From IMG/VR virus record IMGVR_UViG_3300035698_019702: a DNA stretch of 64,000 nucleotides, one strand, 5' to 3'. Shown here piece after piece: positions 22,601 through 32,039 of this stretch. A model generated the notes under the pieces. It made no database searches, was not told the origin of the DNA, and saw only the letters and a program-made list of their open reading frames with translations. Source of the stretch: an uncultured virus (IMG/VR IMGVR_UViG_3300035698_019702). Taxonomy: Duplodnaviria; Heunggongvirae; Uroviricota; Caudoviricetes. The position numbers were made by a program, and so were the translations under genes. How positions within the stretch are numbered: the first letter of the stretch is position 1; each line of letters opens with the position of its first letter.

Positions 22601-25600
22601 AAGGTGAGGGCTTACCTGCTGGAACTCCTGTTACAGTTTCACTGTTTTCGCATCGTGATTCAGATGACCCAGAGTTTTTGTCAGTAAAGTCAAGCATCAC
22701 CTCTATAACAGAGGGAACCTACCTAACTCAAAACGTTTTTGAAGGACAACTAGATTATCTGGGCAATCCAACTGGTGATTTAGTTTCAAAAAGCGTGGTA
22801 GAGGTCTCTATCCAACATCCTTCTGAGCCGGATTGGGTTGATATATATGTGTCACTAGACTACCTGGGTTTCCTTGTTGACGGAGTGCATTCAGCACGAT
22901 TTGTGGGCACCCTTTTCTTGACCGCTGATATCTCATATCCCAATGACAACGGTATTGATATTTCTGAACAATTTGCAACTGCTTGGATGCGCCACCCAGA
23001 CTTTCCAAAAGACCCTTCACGAGCCATATCTGTACCTGATGGTACGTTAATTAAATGGGAGCTAATTAAAGGACAATTTGGTAAAGAACGTCCGTTCTAT
23101 AGTACAGAAGAGCTACCTAATGCTGTGAGTGGAGTATACTCAACAACTCGCGATGGTGTGGCTCGTGACGTGTTCTTTGGTCCAGTCGGTAATATAGAAT
23201 CTCATCACATTGTTACAAATTGTGGTGGTGACACACCTTCAATAGAGTGCTGTGTTGGTGAAGAATATACGATTAAAGCCAGTATTATATCCGGGGATCA
23301 ATCCGCTTTTGATGGGTTTATATTCAATTACGCATGTGATGCTCAAACGTTTACGGATAAGCGGTTCTTTGTCAATGCAGCGACAAGCCAGCCTGGCGAT
23401 GGCCCTCATTGGATTACATGGGGAGATGGTGAGCATTTGCTGAAGTTCCAGATAGCCAGCAACCCTGTTGAAGTTGAGGTTAATCTTGATCTTGATATGC
23501 TCAAAATAGAAGAATACAACGACTGTGTCGATAATATTGTCGGTGGTCAAAACTTTAACCTGCCCGAAGGGCATGTTGTCCAAATAACCTCACCTGGAGA
23601 GATATTGTGGGATGTTAGTTTCGATGAAGACCCGTATACTGGTGAATTGACCCCCATATCGTATCAATCGATCTCTCCCGAGATTGCAATTAACTTAGGA
23701 ATTCCACATATCGCTAATATACCACTTAGGGGCACGATAACAGATTTTTACGTGCGGTATAACGTGTTTGTTAATACTCGTAATCCTAAGCCATCTAAAT
23801 GTCACGGTGGTGGAGGAGGAGGGGATATAGATTTACTGGACTGCCAATATAGGAATATTTGTGCTGTAGATGGAGGTACTATTGGACAACGTTGGGACAA
23901 CGTTGGGACGATGTATGGTACTACAACGTTCATAGTTAATAACAAGCAAGTAACTTTACGAGGTGGTGGTGATTACGAAGATGGAATACATCCGATTAAA
24001 CTTGGGTTTAAGGAGCCGTTAAATGTGCGAATCATTGAGGCACGAGACCCTAGTGGAGGTATCGTTCGAGAGTTAGTCGTAGATGGGTCTACTCGATTGA
24101 CGTTTGTAGTAGAAGTTAAATTTGCTAATGAGCCTGTTCCGGATGGAACTCGGGTTGAATTAGAGATAAGTGGCGCAGGACAAGAAGTTGTACTCCTGTC
24201 TAGTTGTGCGGGATCGCCCCCTGGTTGTAATCCTGTAACTAACGGCATCATTTATACTCGACAAATTAACGATTTCCGACTTAATCCTGAAAATGATAAG
24301 CGATCATTTGCGTTCTTTACCATCGAACCAATTCCTAATGTATCTTTTGATGCTCGTATTAACGTAACCTGTCGATACGATAAGTTGGGTACGGTAGATC
24401 GCGAAATAATGCGGTGTATACAAGTACAGAATAGTCTTCACGTACCCGGTGATCCTGGTCCAACTCCAGAGCCAGAGGAACAAGAAGAAATTGTTATCCA
24501 ACAGAAGGTTACTTCTAAAGAAAGTATAGTCTATGACACTGTACAGGATTTATACGAGTCTACTCGCGCATCTCAAATTGGTCGCATGGGCCAATTTATG
24601 ACTGCATCGTCATTTAGCACAGTCGATGAGATATACATTATGGGTGGCTACACTGGCCTCGGACTAGATATAGCTAATGAAGAAGAACTTTCGAACGCTA
24701 ACATTACGCCTTACTGTGAAGTATTTAACTCTAGCACACAAGAGTGGACGTTTGTTGCTAACATGCCTACTGCAAGATGTTGCGGCTCTGCTATAGAGAG
24801 TGACGGTAAAATTTATTGCATAGGCGGGTTAGAGAAAGACCCTGGACCTGTAGATCAGTACATTGTTTCAAGAAAGATTGAATCATACAACATACGGACT
24901 GGAGTGTGGAATAGCACTCTTGCTCCTATGCCCGAAGACTACGGAATGGCATTCGGTGATGCTCAGGTAGCTCATGGAAATATCTATGTTGTTTGTGGGA
25001 TAACTACAATCTTGGGTAATTCGAGACCTGGAAACTTGAATAACAAAATTCTACGGTACTCGATCGATGATGATGAGTGGATTGTGATAACTCCATCTGA
25101 TGAACAAAAGTATCAACGGCTCTCTCCATTTGGCTTTTATAGAAGTTCGCCACATGTGGATAGTAACCTGATGAACTATTACATATATAGTGGTTCGATA
25201 CCAAAAGAACCTTCTGAGATTGAGGCAGAGCAAGCATCTGAAGTTAACAGGTTGCTTAATCAATTTAGATCGTTCATCTTAACATCGAAGTACTATCTCA
25301 ATCTACCTCCGGAACAGCAGGAAATCTTTGTAGAAGAGGAAGAGGAAAAAATTCGCGAGGGAGTCATTGTCTCCCCATTTATTTATCTAGGTGATGGGTT
25401 TGTTTTCCATCCAGGTGCAGAAGTGGAATCTAGTGGTGAATGGGCTATAGACATCTCAACATCTCTAGAAGATTCATGGCCAGTTCTTCCCAAAGCAAGA
25501 GATAGAGGTAAAGCGGTTTACATTCCACTTCAAGATGTTGCTTACTTTATAGGTGGTGCCAATCTAAACCAGTCTACCACTCTAAATAGAGTGGAAAGCA

Positions 25601-28600
25601 TTGATCTCTCGGATGGCGGCACATATACCCAACTTACTTCCATGAACAGAGGACGTGCCCTATTTGGCACTGCTGCTGTGGCTGACGATATATACTTGTC
25701 TGGAGGTTTAACCAGTGGACATAGACAAGGCTGGACCCAAATTCAAATTACTCAATCGCCATCGGAGATATTGGCTACTGGTGTTGAGAGTGGTGGTGTC
25801 TTGATACAACTTACCAACGATTCGGGTGAAATTATTGATGCCGATGTTAGAATTGATGTCAGAGGTAGACTCAGAATTCTAGAACTTGATAGCATCTTAA
25901 TAAAGTTCTTAGCGAATAGGGCTGCCGACCGTGCTTTGGGAGGTGATGGCTCTGGCTCTGCAACTGATTTGCCTGGCGAAGATGATGAGACCGATGTTGG
26001 TAGGTTAATTGAGTCTCAAAATACGATCATAAACCCCAATAGTGATCAGTTCCAGTTTAATGCTGCCCGCAAACTTGGTGAAGAGGTCACTTTGTTTCCA
26101 GTGTTATATAGTTCCAATGAAACTTCACTCGTTGGTGGAGTAGGTGCGGTTGTGTTGAAACCACGATCCGAAGACCCACTAGCCAACTTGGATACTCTGG
26201 CAGAGTTTATCAACCAACAGCTCACAGGTACACCGGAAGACTCAGATGAAAGGTTTGAGGGCGATCTCACTCGTGAAGAACTAGCAGCGCTTGGCGAGGT
26301 TCTTAATACAATTAAATTGCCACCCACTGTTATAGAATCAGGATCATTACGTAATTTGTATAAAATTGAAACAGTTGTCACTGTTTTGGATGATTACTAT
26401 TTTGGGCAAACGATCAGTGATTTTGATCTTAACCTACAAGATTTAATTAATAGCCGAATAGAAGATTTGCTGACACCTCCTTTGCCTCCAGAAGAAGACG
26501 ACGAGGAAAACCCATCCAACCCTGTTCCTGGTATTGACTATGGCGGATTCAGAGATTTTAGTAAATCAGGATGCTTGGTGTTAGAGCATTCTGCACAACC
26601 CGACATACCACCTGAAGACACGGCAGGGGACAGTGACATAAGACGAGGAAGTGGCTCTGGCAATGGTGGTATTCCTGGTGGCCCTGGCAGTACTGGGCAA
26701 TGCTTATTCTGTGATACTATTTTACCCCTGAAGCCCGAACATAGAGAGCAATTTTTAAACCCATCAGTACAATTCTATAATTACTTTGACTGGATTCCAC
26801 AGGTTCGTAAAAGGATTACAGGTAACACTGCATCGCTCTCGGATGTGATTGATTCTATAGACACCATAGATCATGAGACACCGTTTGGTGGTAGTCAGCT
26901 ATATGGTGCCATGTTTGAGACTGGACGTATTATGTCCGGGGATGATTTTGATACCATTAAGAAGGTTATTTATATTTGTTCAGATAACTCACAAAATTTG
27001 TCTCTCAGAACTAGGCGAGATGCCATTGATGAAATCAACTCAATAGACGGTGATCAAAACGTACCTGTAGTTTATACTGTACTTAGCACTTCCTTTCCAC
27101 TTAGTTTAGCTGCACAATTACAACGAGCAGACACCGGCGATGTAGTAAAAATCACCGATGATACTGGTGGTCAATCAAGCACTTTAGTAGCGACGAGGTT
27201 TTTGGATAACATACTTAACCTCACTCTTGGCGCTGCTGTAGGAGGCTTGGGGTACGGGGTATATCAAAGAGTGCTGATATTTGATGAGTTAAGTGCAATT
27301 ACTAGCATGACAACAGACTTCTACTTACCACAAAACACTCAGGGATATGTCCGATTCAGACATAGTTCTGATGGTTTCAACTATTCGGACTTTACTGAGC
27401 GGTTTGAGGGTAGCGGGTATGTGGATTTCGTTGATTTTTTTGCCAAGTCCGTTGATTTTGAAGTGACCTTAACTACAGGCTTTACTAAAAGTATCGAAGA
27501 GGAATATGATGCAGATCCAACCGGAATACCTAAGCTGCGTAGTATCGTACTTGACACTTCTGGTGAACGAGAAGATTACATCTATCTAAACAAGGAAGAT
27601 GTCTTGACAAACGCTCAACAAGTGGCTGCTTCTTTTGAGGGAAGCATTCCGACTAGTGCTATAGTAGAAGTTGGGGCTGCAACATCTGAATCACATGATT
27701 GGAGAGATTTCTCAACTCCAGCACGCCCCGCTGTTAGAGAGTTTGGCAAGATATTTATGCTAGATCGAACAGATAGTCCAAGTTCAATTATCCCGATAGA
27801 GCCAATAACAAGCAAAGATCAACTACTTTATACCTCAACTTATGGAGCCTGGAGTCCTGACGCGGCTGTTAGAGTTTATGAGATTAGAGAAGGTGATACA
27901 GAAGTAGAGGTTTTGGGCGGGTTTAGGTTGTATCCCCGCTATGGACAAGTGCTGTTTAGTACTCGCCAAGACCCTGACAAGATATTCAAACTCACTGTCG
28001 TCAATGACGACTCGGTACGAGTGGGAGTAAAACTACGTAACAGACTACATTCGGATAGCATCACAATGGAAGGCATAGGGTATATCTATAGTACTAACGA
28101 TGAGAAACCTGCTGAATTGTCTCAGGTGGCACCAAGAGCAACTAACGTAGCTATTTCACCTACGGAACCTAATTCTAATGATACCTTATTCGCCATTTAT
28201 GATTATATAGACCTGAATAATGACACAGAGCAGGGCACCTTAATATCTTGGTTCAATAATGGCAAGCAACTACTTGAGATACAGAATAAGACAAATTGGA
28301 GCGATGCCGATTTACTGCCGTCTAACAAACTCCAACCTAACGATAAACTATATTTCACGGTAACTCCTAGTGATGGCAGAGATTTCGGTTCTACTGTGAT
28401 ATCACCAACAGTTGTGGTGACACCACAAGAACCTGGTGTATCTGATGTGCGGTTGATTCCTACTAGGGGAGGGGTTGTTAGTGCTAGATTTGATACTTCT
28501 AGTACGATCACACTTGAATATGATTTTGAGACGGACGATGTGGGCTCTGCTTCCTACCAGAGCGGAACTATTATACGATGGTTTGTTAATGGTATATTGT

Positions 28601-29130
28601 TCAAAGAAGGGGTATTTACAGAGATCGTCTCTCCCGATATGGACAAGGATGAACTACAGGCTATCCAGGATGCGAATGAGTATGCGACAATCTTGAAGCC
28701 TGAAGAAATCGTAGGCGGGGTTTCCGCTTATGAAATTGGTAATCAGCTTTATGTGGAAGTCACACCACGCACTCTTCTTGTGACAGGGTCAACTGTTCGC
28801 AGTAACACTATCGCTATAGAAAATAGCCTACCTATCGCAAGTGATGTATCTATTTCTCCTGAGTTTCCGACCACATTATCTACTCTTGTTGTTTCGTTTG
28901 TAATAGATGATGTGGACATTCTTAGAGGAATACAAACAGACCAAACTGAAATACGTTGGTTTCGTTCTATTAATGGGACTGATTTCCTCGAACAAGATGC
29001 CTTACGTGATAGTACGACTGTTACACCAACCTCTTTAACAAGAGGAGATTATTGGCATGTCGAGATAACCCCATTTGATGGCTTGGAGGTTTCTGATACT
29101 ATAAGAAGTCGCACAGTGACCATACTATGA
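19624..29130 (+). CDS. Giant putative virion protein (3168 aa): vWA, LamG, FN3-like, Kelch repeats, three C-terminal Ig-like repeats
   Basis: MIDAS IILDESGSM. LamG VNLWVNP...WSMITV...YFGAIAQL. Kelch IYIMGG, MPTAR, IYCIGG, AYFIGG, IYLSGG. C-terminal Ig units (ISPxxP...W[FY]xNG...VTPSDG) also present at the N-terminus of the 1064 protein. Confidence 0.7.
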   Translation: MADSIGKQFVSADYGQNYTLSSARCVTEFNYSFELHEYNEALTPYGTIETRPPDLSTITIDDFNAGEHFRTGPEDNTNHLQLELEDRLLTIILDESGSMTWNDNNGDRYTYIKRLLTKLDNTYPGGITANLLTFGGSLTRTSLFVAPSGVDFLADEDQSFEQLIQASFQDSVFDFSGVRVVRRTDRFPEHPADGIVVGEGIFEAVKDEDLIEGQTYYYGVWTFNKNKHFSRGKFVSGTPYDRILPSGVNFASGTQRILPGVERSDIATLIYNFVERSGSLTFDSSGSGLHGMLGSEVVESNFWEGTPTAAVGTTRYIPVGVNFDGEYDIIETDITAQEEDFKQDTSGIIVNLWVNPNTRTTNQWLIGTSTEEPSNYVGWMLGLNSTGQLIIQGSNSGILTTGLTVTDDVWSMITVRLVASTPDNLYFWLYLNGEYIEEQNWVTDPLVTGLNRLYIGGKPVSSGAIWSGEDYFGAIAQLSVHSGGVTGWNHNGVTWVSTLYERELSIFTQTVTSASQTPPDNNQREVLLNWDIGRDFDFEGGSVYIVRKYNSLPSHINDGDTVVNVNAEPGEFFYLDTFNFIHGGDYYYRFFTINSIGNICDREEARAVAIRISYSIEMLNTNPDLPVVENELTTPGNKKLLLQWTNPSEFQWRGTKVFYSPDEFPTIKVSKSGISSSGTEIVDTTEEFFAHRVLGQSRGGDVPLTNGHIHYYTIVTYDTYGRLSEARLLQAVPSALLDTVFDSDDVADLHLTILNPTSLSVQWSNPTLSTEKLELYFGESAVIFVGVRDIFGGDLEDIDNLEIQVCTSFQVNSIIAGSQSLGNDRGPQPGSVGGPDLDGYGDSGTTWPKASRCFSPEGAKAETILSYAPVKSGLIKGLLSHTDERDVLARRKSYTMSLRAQYKVEDPETKDTIFEFNTSATTVEFQHPLKMSLINKLNKRASLTPGARGLIRGYEICSCSWSDYAEPHETEVFDGGYINATEPYVVRCEVMYKGEGLPAGTPVTVSLFSHRDSDDPEFLSVKSSITSITEGTYLTQNVFEGQLDYLGNPTGDLVSKSVVEVSIQHPSEPDWVDIYVSLDYLGFLVDGVHSARFVGTLFLTADISYPNDNGIDISEQFATAWMRHPDFPKDPSRAISVPDGTLIKWELIKGQFGKERPFYSTEELPNAVSGVYSTTRDGVARDVFFGPVGNIESHHIVTNCGGDTPSIECCVGEEYTIKASIISGDQSAFDGFIFNYACDAQTFTDKRFFVNAATSQPGDGPHWITWGDGEHLLKFQIASNPVEVEVNLDLDMLKIEEYNDCVDNIVGGQNFNLPEGHVVQITSPGEILWDVSFDEDPYTGELTPISYQSISPEIAINLGIPHIANIPLRGTITDFYVRYNVFVNTRNPKPSKCHGGGGGGDIDLLDCQYRNICAVDGGTIGQRWDNVGTMYGTTTFIVNNKQVTLRGGGDYEDGIHPIKLGFKEPLNVRIIEARDPSGGIVRELVVDGSTRLTFVVEVKFANEPVPDGTRVELEISGAGQEVVLLSSCAGSPPGCNPVTNGIIYTRQINDFRLNPENDKRSFAFFTIEPIPNVSFDARINVTCRYDKLGTVDREIMRCIQVQNSLHVPGDPGPTPEPEEQEEIVIQQKVTSKESIVYDTVQDLYESTRASQIGRMGQFMTASSFSTVDEIYIMGGYTGLGLDIANEEELSNANITPYCEVFNSSTQEWTFVANMPTARCCGSAIESDGKIYCIGGLEKDPGPVDQYIVSRKIESYNIRTGVWNSTLAPMPEDYGMAFGDAQVAHGNIYVVCGITTILGNSRPGNLNNKILRYSIDDDEWIVITPSDEQKYQRLSPFGFYRSSPHVDSNLMNYYIYSGSIPKEPSEIEAEQASEVNRLLNQFRSFILTSKYYLNLPPEQQEIFVEEEEEKIREGVIVSPFIYLGDGFVFHPGAEVESSGEWAIDISTSLEDSWPVLPKARDRGKAVYIPLQDVAYFIGGANLNQSTTLNRVESIDLSDGGTYTQLTSMNRGRALFGTAAVADDIYLSGGLTSGHRQGWTQIQITQSPSEILATGVESGGVLIQLTNDSGEIIDADVRIDVRGRLRILELDSILIKFLANRAADRALGGDGSGSATDLPGEDDETDVGRLIESQNTIINPNSDQFQFNAARKLGEEVTLFPVLYSSNETSLVGGVGAVVLKPRSEDPLANLDTLAEFINQQLTGTPEDSDERFEGDLTREELAALGEVLNTIKLPPTVIESGSLRNLYKIETVVTVLDDYYFGQTISDFDLNLQDLINSRIEDLLTPPLPPEEDDEENPSNPVPGIDYGGFRDFSKSGCLVLEHSAQPDIPPEDTAGDSDIRRGSGSGNGGIPGGPGSTGQCLFCDTILPLKPEHREQFLNPSVQFYNYFDWIPQVRKRITGNTASLSDVIDSIDTIDHETPFGGSQLYGAMFETGRIMSGDDFDTIKKVIYICSDNSQNLSLRTRRDAIDEINSIDGDQNVPVVYTVLSTSFPLSLAAQLQRADTGDVVKITDDTGGQSSTLVATRFLDNILNLTLGAAVGGLGYGVYQRVLIFDELSAITSMTTDFYLPQNTQGYVRFRHSSDGFNYSDFTERFEGSGYVDFVDFFAKSVDFEVTLTTGFTKSIEEEYDADPTGIPKLRSIVLDTSGEREDYIYLNKEDVLTNAQQVAASFEGSIPTSAIVEVGAATSESHDWRDFSTPARPAVREFGKIFMLDRTDSPSSIIPIEPITSKDQLLYTSTYGAWSPDAAVRVYEIREGDTEVEVLGGFRLYPRYGQVLFSTRQDPDKIFKLTVVNDDSVRVGVKLRNRLHSDSITMEGIGYIYSTNDEKPAELSQVAPRATNVAISPTEPNSNDTLFAIYDYIDLNNDTEQGTLISWFNNGKQLLEIQNKTNWSDADLLPSNKLQPNDKLYFTVTPSDGRDFGSTVISPTVVVTPQEPGVSDVRLIPTRGGVVSARFDTSSTITLEYDFETDDVGSASYQSGTIIRWFVNGILFKEGVFTEIVSPDMDKDELQAIQDANEYATILKPEEIVGGVSAYEIGNQLYVEVTPRTLLVTGSTVRSNTIAIENSLPIASDVSISPEFPTTLSTLVVSFVIDDVDILRGIQTDQTEIRWFRSINGTDFLEQDALRDSTTVTPTSLTRGDYWHVEITPFDGLEVSDTIRSRTVTIL

Positions 29131-29199
29131 ACTACCCAAGGGCTAAAGACATAGGGGATTTCTTGGCATAATTCTCTTTTAAAACCATTCGGCAACCCG

Positions 29200-29214
29200 G
29201 TATAATAGAGTATG
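29200..29214 (+). promoter_or_regulatory. Putative -10 element (GTATAATAGAG) 5 nt before the ATG; candidate leaderless promoter
   Basis: TATAAT at 29201-29206, ATG at 29212, no SD. Same 11-mer at 42206-42216. Confidence 0.45.
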
Positions 29215-29970
29215 CATCCTAAAACGGATATTATCTGTCTAGTACATAACCAAATGAACATAACAAAGGGGTTTGTGCTTCACTTATTTGCGAATACAAA
29301 AAACTTTAACTTAATCTTTGTCGATAATAATTCAACAGATGGAACATCCGAATGGTTACGGGAGGGGATGCAAAACCAGCAATGGCAAGTAGTTACCGCC
29401 ATGAAGGGAAACGAGCCTACAAATTTAGGAGTCATTGGCGGTCGTAACCTTGGGGTCCGATATGTTACATCTGACTACTTTTTGAACATTGATAACGATC
29501 AGTATGTCGAGGAGGGCTGGTTGGACGTATTGCATCAGCGGCTGTCAGAGGGTTATGATATTGTGGGTTGTGAGGCATGGAAATTGGTTCCCCCTAGCAA
29601 GGGTGAAGGGGTGGTGGTAGTTGGAGGACAGGCCCATAAAAGAAGCTACTTCCCACATAAACGATGTGTAAACCGGAAGGATGACTGGACCTATATTGGT
29701 TGTGGAGGTATGCTTATTAAGAAGGCAGTTTATGAGAAGATAGGTCTATTTGATGAACGATTTAGCCCTGCTTATTTTGAAGACCCAGATTTTTGCTTTC
29801 AGGCTTTGCAAGCTGGATTCAAATTATGTTGGTGTCCAGAATGTAAGATTACTCATCTAGCACACCAGACCTTTAATTCGCAGAAGTTATTTGAAAAGAA
29901 TGATCAATTTGTCCAAAGTTGGACACGTTTTAAGGACAAGTGGAACGGTTGGTTCCCAAGAAGGAGATAA
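29212..29970 (+). CDS. Glycosyltransferase family 2
   Basis: IFVDNNSTDGT, GRNLG, NIDND (DxD), GLFDERF...YFEDPDFC. Confidence 0.9.
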   Translation: MHPKTDIICLVHNQMNITKGFVLHLFANTKNFNLIFVDNNSTDGTSEWLREGMQNQQWQVVTAMKGNEPTNLGVIGGRNLGVRYVTSDYFLNIDNDQYVEEGWLDVLHQRLSEGYDIVGCEAWKLVPPSKGEGVVVVGGQAHKRSYFPHKRCVNRKDDWTYIGCGGMLIKKAVYEKIGLFDERFSPAYFEDPDFCFQALQAGFKLCWCPECKITHLAHQTFNSQKLFEKNDQFVQSWTRFKDKWNGWFPRRR

Positions 29971-29974
29971 TTGA

Positions 29975-30262
29975 ATGAGACTTAAGCCTCTATTTGACAA
30001 AGTTGTTATTGAACAGCATAATGCTGAAGAAAAACTCGGTGGTACAGGGCTCTATGCCCCGGACAGCAAAGAGAAGCCAAAGCAAGGGACGATTGTGGCT
30101 ATTGGCGAAGGTTTGTTAATGAACGATGGTACTGTTAAAGCAATACCGATGACGATCGGTGACGCCGTTGTGTTTACGCCTTACGGTGGCAGTGAAGTTG
30201 AAGTGGATGGGAAGAAGTATTTGGTGATGGCAGCCACAGAAGTGTTAGCCATCCTAGAGTAG
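29975..30262 (+). CDS. groES: Co-chaperonin GroES (Cpn10)
   Basis: MRLKPLFDKVVI...KEKPKQGTIVAIGEG...GDAVVF...YGGSEVEVDGKKYLVM...EVLAIL. No groEL in the window. Confidence 0.95.
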   Translation: MRLKPLFDKVVIEQHNAEEKLGGTGLYAPDSKEKPKQGTIVAIGEGLLMNDGTVKAIPMTIGDAVVFTPYGGSEVEVDGKKYLVMAATEVLAILE

Positions 30263-30266
30263 TGTA

Positions 30267-30524
30267 ATGCCCAAAATACTGATAGACAGCCCTCCTATCC
30301 GTCGTATTGGGTGGGAGGGTTCACCTTATACCCCAGGGGACTTATACAATTCAGTTAGTGTAGGATCGGACGGGGTAACCCTGATTGATGCCGAGGAACA
30401 GTATTTAGGTGAATACAGCATTATATGGCTGCGAGTTTGGAAGAATGACCGACTAACCGCACGATACAATGCTCGCAATATAGATTCAATTATATATAAT
30501 GAGGAACCTTATGAACCCACATGA
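30267..30524 (+). CDS. Hypothetical protein
   Basis: ORF tightly packed in the operon. Confidence 0.55.
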   Translation: MPKILIDSPPIRRIGWEGSPYTPGDLYNSVSVGSDGVTLIDAEEQYLGEYSIIWLRVWKNDRLTARYNARNIDSIIYNEEPYEPT

Positions 30525-30804
30525 TGAAAGAGCAAAGATTGAAGGGTTGCTCCAATGGCTGCATCCCGATAACACGGACCTTACCTTACCGGTTGACAAG
30601 ATACAGACAATACTGCAAAAAGTGTCTATCCAGGTATTACTTGATATACGTGATACCATGTATCAGATAGCCCAGAACCAAGGGATCGACAAGTGGGGTC
30701 CGAAAATAGCTATTGAGCAACAATCTGGGGCTAAAACTACGAAGGCCGAGGCCGATTCTGAGCCTAAGAAGCCTGTTGTATCAGTGATTGGTAACAAGGA
30801 ATAA
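30511..30804 (+). CDS. Hypothetical protein
   Basis: GAGGA SD at 30501-30505 before ATG 30511. Confidence 0.6.
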   Translation: MNPHDERAKIEGLLQWLHPDNTDLTLPVDKIQTILQKVSIQVLLDIRDTMYQIAQNQGIDKWGPKIAIEQQSGAKTTKAEADSEPKKPVVSVIGNKE

Positions 30805-30833
30805 TCGACCTTTGTTCCAAGATTGAGATAAAT

Positions 30834-31931
30834 ATGTCTCTTAGAATTGCTATTTGCACTAATTTTTACCAGCCGTCAGTAGGCGGTTGTGAAATAGTCA
30901 CTCAGAAAATTGTAGAGAGCCTTCATGACCACGATGTGTATGTTCTGACTCGTAGAATGCCAGGACGTAAAACGGCATCACTAGATCACGTTGTTGAATA
31001 TGACCCAAAAGATGTACAGCATTTCTTTGCTAAGCTGAATAAAGTTAAACCTGATGTAGTTTTTGTGTATTCTGATGTCTTTGATTTTTTCAGACATATT
31101 ATCAAGAACGTTACAAAGCCACGGCTGATTGTTGCACTTTGTGGAGCCAATTATCTCTATGGTCATAAGAACTATGCGATACAATTTCACCGACAGTCTG
31201 GAAATATAGAATCTCTTATTTGCCATTCTGAGTATGATAGGGATTACAAGTTCTGTGGTGGGAAGTTAAAAGATAAAACTGTAATAATTCCTAATGCCGT
31301 TGCTCTTGATGAGTTTGATTCCAATACAACCTCTAGAGAGGAACTATCTCATAAATATGGCCTTGATAGCAACCAACATTGGGTTATAAATGTTGCTAAT
31401 TTCTTTCCAGGTAAGGGACAAGAGCATATGATCGATGTTGTGAAACAATCTATGCCCGGAAACTTCCTTTACCTACAGATTAGCAATGAGATAGAGTCTC
31501 CTATCGGGCGACAACTAGAAACACTGTGGAAAAAGAAACTCCACACCTCGCGGGTCTCCAATGCTCAACTGTTGAAAAACATCCCTAGAAAAGATGTGAT
31601 CGCCTTTTTCAAAGCCAGTAATCTGTTCGCATTAACCTCTGAAAAAGAAGTTGCTCCTCTAGTTATACTGGAAGCCATGGCTGCTAGAACACCTTGGGTG
31701 TCATTTGATGTGGGTAACGTGCGAGGATTATCCGGTGGCAAGTTTGTGACTTGTAGAAAAAATCGCAACCATCAATGCATGGTTGGCGGGAGAGAAATAA
31801 ACCTCTTCCAACAGAACATGCAGGAGTTATGGGATATCCCATCGTTAGGTGATCTAGGTCGTAGACAAATAGAACAAGAGATGACCTGGGACAGGGTTCT
31901 CCCTCGATATCGAGATTTGATTGAGAAGTGA
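30834..31931 (+). CDS. Glycosyltransferase family 4 (GT-B)
   Basis: PSVGGCE, VIIPNAV, GKGQEH, SEKEVAPLVILEAMAARTPWV (Ex7E motif). Confidence 0.9.
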   Translation: MSLRIAICTNFYQPSVGGCEIVTQKIVESLHDHDVYVLTRRMPGRKTASLDHVVEYDPKDVQHFFAKLNKVKPDVVFVYSDVFDFFRHIIKNVTKPRLIVALCGANYLYGHKNYAIQFHRQSGNIESLICHSEYDRDYKFCGGKLKDKTVIIPNAVALDEFDSNTTSREELSHKYGLDSNQHWVINVANFFPGKGQEHMIDVVKQSMPGNFLYLQISNEIESPIGRQLETLWKKKLHTSRVSNAQLLKNIPRKDVIAFFKASNLFALTSEKEVAPLVILEAMAARTPWVSFDVGNVRGLSGGKFVTCRKNRNHQCMVGGREINLFQQNMQELWDIPSLGDLGRRQIEQEMTWDRVLPRYRDLIEK

Positions 31932-31937
31932 AGTTGA

Positions 31938-32001
31938 CAGTCACCGCGCTGAAAGAGAGGCACTTGTGCCTAGGTTGACTGCAAGGGCATTGGTGCCCTG
32001 C
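31938..32001 (+). other. Small structured intergenic element (three stems)
   Basis: CAGTCACC/GG(T)TGACTG encloses AGGCA-CTTG-TGCCT, followed by AGGGCA-TTGG-TGCCCT. Confidence 0.4.
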
Positions 32002-32039
32002 ATGTGGAAAAGTAGAAATGTGGAAAAAGGAAATTTCCA

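Noticed and set aside
23884..23910. 12-nt tandem duplication GGACAACGTTGG
   Set aside because: Only two in-frame copies inside a CDS; likely slippage or chance.
31946..32010. Hammerhead ribozyme (CTGAAAGA...GAAA)
   Set aside because: The core does not match CUGANGA, and GAAA does not directly follow stem II.
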